A stretch of DNA of 64,000 nucleotides from an uncultured Acidobacteriota bacterium (GTDB taxonomy: Bacteria > Acidobacteriota > Blastocatellia > Pyrinomonadales > Pyrinomonadaceae), in assembly GCA_963848875.1 (NCBI GenBank), contig CAWKFJ010000005.1:2192305-2256304 (forward strand), written 5' to 3'. A program made the translations under genes and the position numbers. A model generated the notes under the pieces. The model was not told where the DNA came from. It worked only from the letters and a program-made list of their open reading frames with translations, and ran no database searches. Of this stretch, positions 61,456-64,000 are shown one piece after another (within the stretch, counting starts at the first letter, position 1; every line of letters begins with the position of its first letter).

Positions 61456-64000
61456 CCCGAAGCCTCAAACCAACCTCTACACCGTCGGCGGGGCCGTGCA
61501 GGCGGGCGGGGGCCTCTACCTCCCGCGCAGGGCTGACAACGAGCTGTTGGAGCTGTGCCGCGCAGGGGCCTTCAGCTACGTGCTGACCCCGCGCCAACTG
61601 GGCAAGACGAGTCTAATGGTCCGCACGGCCGAGCGGCTGGGCGAGGAGGGCGTCCGCTCCGTCATCATAGACCTCACGCAGATCGGCGTGCAGGTCACGG
61701 TCGAGAACTGGTACCTGGGGCTGCTGGCCGTCATCGAAGACCAGTTGCTGCTTGAGACCAGCGCCGTCGAGTGGTGGAAGGCGCGCGGGGATGAGGGGAT
61801 GACGCAGCGGCTCGTCGAGTTCTTCAAGGACGTGGCGCTCAAAGAGGTCGAGGGCCGCCTGGTGGTCTTCGTAGACGAGATAGACACCACGCTGAGCCTC
61901 CCCTTCACGGACGACTTCTACGCGGCCGTCCGCTACTTCTACAACGCCCGCGCCCACACGCCGGAGTTGAAGCGACTCTCCTTCGTGCTGATCGGCGTGG
62001 CGACGCCGGGCGACCTCGTGCGCGACCCGCAGCGCACGCCCTTCAACATAGGCCACCGCGTGGACCTCACGGACTTCACCTTCGACGAGGCGCTGCCGCT
62101 GGCCGCCGCGCTGGGCTTGCCGTTGGAGGAGTCGCGCCGCGTGCTCGCGTGGGTGTTGGAGTGGACTGGCGGACACCCCTACCTGACGCAGCGGCTCTGC
62201 CGCGCCGTCGCGGAGGAGCGGCGCGAGAACTGGACGCGCGAGGACGTGGAGCGTTTGACAGCGAGCGTCTTCTTCGGCGAGATGAGCGAGAAGGACAACA
62301 ACCTGCAATTCGTCCGCGACATGCTGACCAAGCGCGCGCCGGACCCGGCGGGCGTGCTCTCGACCTACCGCGAGGTCTTGCGCGGCCGCCGCCCCGTCCC
62401 AGACGAGGAGCAGTCAATCGTCAAGTCGCACCTTAAGCTCTCCGGCATCGTCTACCGCAAGCAAGGCACGTTACACGTCCGCAATCCGATCTACGCGAAA
62501 GTCTTCGACAGCCACTGGATCGCCCAGCACCTGCCCGTCAACTGGACGAAGCGCCTGCAACGCATCGCCGCCGCCCTGGCGCTGCTCGTGCTCCTGGGGC
62601 TGATCCCGCTTTCGATCTACGCCTTCAGCCAGGCGAGACAAGCGAACAACGCGCGCGCCGTGGCGGAAAGCCGTAGAGTCGAGGCGGAGAAGAGCAGCGA
62701 AGAAGCGAAGAAGCAGGCGGAGATCGCCGAAGCCCGGCGGCTGGATGCAGAGACGCAGGGCGCGGCCGCCGTCAAGGCGCAGAAGGAAGCCGACAAGCAA
62801 CGTAAGAACGCCGAGGAGGCGGCGGTGAAAGAAAGGGCCGCGAGGGCGGAGGCGGAGAAGCAGAAGCAAATCGCCGAAGAGCAGCGCGCACGCGCCGAGG
62901 GTGAAGCAGAAAAGGCGAGGCAGTCGGCCACTGCCGCTACGGCGAGCGAGCTGAAGGCCATAGCCGCGCGCGATGAGGCCGATGAGGCGCGTAGGGAAGC
63001 GGAGCGTCTGCGCCAGCTCGCCTTCGGCGGCCAGTTGGGTGCGCTCGCCGAGGTCACCAGGAACCAGCAGTCGAACCTCCTACAGCGGAGCGCCATGATC
63101 GCCAGGGCGTCAATCCTCCAGTCGCCTGATGCCCCGCCGCTCATTGGCTATCAAGCACTCACACAGGCGATGTCGCTGCTGCCTCGCCTGGCGGCAGAGT
63201 TGCCGACGCAGCCCGCCGCCAACGTGAGGAACGCGTTCACCGCCGATAACAAGTACCTCTTGAGCGTGAGCGAAGACCCGCAGCAGACGGCGGCCGCGTT
63301 GTCTTACACAGCCCGCGTGCTGGACGTTAACGACGGCTACAGGGAGATTCCCTCGCTCACGCGCCGCGCGCCGGTCAAAGATTCCGCCTTCAGCCCGGAC
63401 CTGACGCATCTGGCGACGAAAAAAGGCGACGGCACGGTCTCCGTAACGAACTTGACGACGGGAAACGAGGAGCCGAGCTTCGCCAGTCCGAGCGGCGTCA
63501 CGCTTTTAACGCTCAGCAGCGGAGGGAGATTCGCCGCCTTCGTCGAGAGCGACGAGAGTACCGTCCACGTTCGTGACCTCAAGGAGAACCGCGATGTTTC
63601 CTGGAAAATGGAAGCGTCCGCTGACGGGAAACAGGAAGCGGTCCAGATATTCCGTCTCAGCTTCAGCCCCACGGGGAAATACTTGCAGGTGGACATGAAC
63701 CTCAGCCCGACCAGGGCCGGGGGACAGTGGACGCAGGCGCTGCGCGAGGTGTCCACGGGCCGCGAAGTCAACCGGAGGGAGGCTTCCAAGTTCACCGTCG
63801 GCACGCCCGACGTGGAAGACAAGTATTACTTCAGCTATGACGATAAAGTCGTAGCCGTGCTAGACGGCGTCGACATAGTGGTCGTGCAGGATGCGGATTT
63901 CAGTACGCCGCGCGCCACCTTCCGACACCCCTCGTTGGTTCGGCGGATCGTCTTCAGCCCGGCGGAATATCCTATCCTGGCTACCATCGAGGCTGACAAC
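61448..64000 (+). CDS. Paralogous P-loop ATPase - TM helix - coiled coil - beta-propeller-like repeats; 3' end cut by the window edge
   Basis: Absent from the ORF track because there is no stop before the window end. My translation from ATG 61448 (8-nt overlap, ATGTCTGA) is open for 851 codons. The Walker A is YVLTPRQLGKTSLMVRT and the Walker B is LVVFVDEID. The TM helix is IAAALALLVLLGLIPLSIYAF. An Ala/Glu/Lys/Arg coiled coil follows, then repeats such as FSPDLTHLATKKGDGTVSV and FSPTGKYLQV. Confidence 0.8.
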   Translation, partial: MSDPKPQTNLYTVGGAVQAGGGLYLPRRADNELLELCRAGAFSYVLTPRQLGKTSLMVRTAERLGEEGVRSVIIDLTQIGVQVTVENWYLGLLAVIEDQLLLETSAVEWWKARGDEGMTQRLVEFFKDVALKEVEGRLVVFVDEIDTTLSLPFTDDFYAAVRYFYNARAHTPELKRLSFVLIGVATPGDLVRDPQRTPFNIGHRVDLTDFTFDEALPLAAALGLPLEESRRVLAWVLEWTGGHPYLTQRLCRAVAEERRENWTREDVERLTASVFFGEMSEKDNNLQFVRDMLTKRAPDPAGVLSTYREVLRGRRPVPDEEQSIVKSHLKLSGIVYRKQGTLHVRNPIYAKVFDSHWIAQHLPVNWTKRLQRIAAALALLVLLGLIPLSIYAFSQARQANNARAVAESRRVEAEKSSEEAKKQAEIAEARRLDAETQGAAAVKAQKEADKQRKNAEEAAVKERAARAEAEKQKQIAEEQRARAEGEAEKARQSATAATASELKAIAARDEADEARREAERLRQLAFGGQLGALAEVTRNQQSNLLQRSAMIARASILQSPDAPPLIGYQALTQAMSLLPRLAAELPTQPAANVRNAFTADNKYLLSVSEDPQQTAAALSYTARVLDVNDGYREIPSLTRRAPVKDSAFSPDLTHLATKKGDGTVSVTNLTTGNEEPSFASPSGVTLLTLSSGGRFAAFVESDESTVHVRDLKENRDVSWKMEASADGKQEAVQIFRLSFSPTGKYLQVDMNLSPTRAGGQWTQALREVSTGREVNRREASKFTVGTPDVEDKYYFSYDDKVVAVLDGVDIVVVQDADFSTPRATFRHPSLVRRIVFSPAEYPILATIEADN

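Overview
GC-rich bacterial chromosomal segment. The gene content (DUF1800/DUF1501 pair, CarboxypepD_reg-TPR protein, pilB/pilT/pilC cluster) suggests an Acidobacteriota-like organism, but this is uncertain. No rRNA, tRNA, CRISPR array or intact mobile element was found.

The window splits into three parts.

(A) 1-28.9 kb is an accessory mosaic broken up by AT-rich spacers. It holds:
- an edge-truncated multicopper-oxidase-like gene that the ORF track missed;
- a caspase-fold protease coupled to a 788-aa partner;
- a minus-strand run of two large unknown proteins (one with a CxxCH motif), a cytoplasmic S1 protease and a mini-paralog of that protease's N-domain;
- a five-gene oxidant cluster: animal-type haem peroxidase, membrane flavoprotein, ferritin-like protein, frameshifted LodA/GoxA-family quinoprotein oxidase and a LodB-like flavoprotein;
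- an IS1 transposase remnant;
- two divergent paralogous CHAT-STAND(NB-ARC-like)-TPR giants, one translationally coupled to an unassignable 310-aa protein.

(B) 29.2-50.7 kb is ordinary core: type IV pilus pilC/pilT/pilB, ECF sigma and anti-sigma, M28 peptidase, DUF1800/DUF1501, MerR, modB, cyclase, birA, coaX and a RumA-type methyltransferase. The intergenic hairpins here are unusual in being built from short tandem repeats.

(C) 50.7-64 kb is a second accessory block. It holds a 2137-aa subtilisin-RHS polymorphic toxin with a lower-GC C-terminal tip and small membrane immunity candidates, a secreted kinase-like protein, and a TIR-ATPase gene overlapping a second paralogous ATPase with a TM helix, coiled coil and beta-propeller-like repeats (truncated by the window edge).

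The best candidates for undescribed systems are the CHAT-STAND-TPR plus 310-aa module, the TIR/ATPase pair, the caspase plus 788-aa pair, and the oxidase-peroxidase cluster. All functional calls rest on motifs I read in the translations. No database search was possible.
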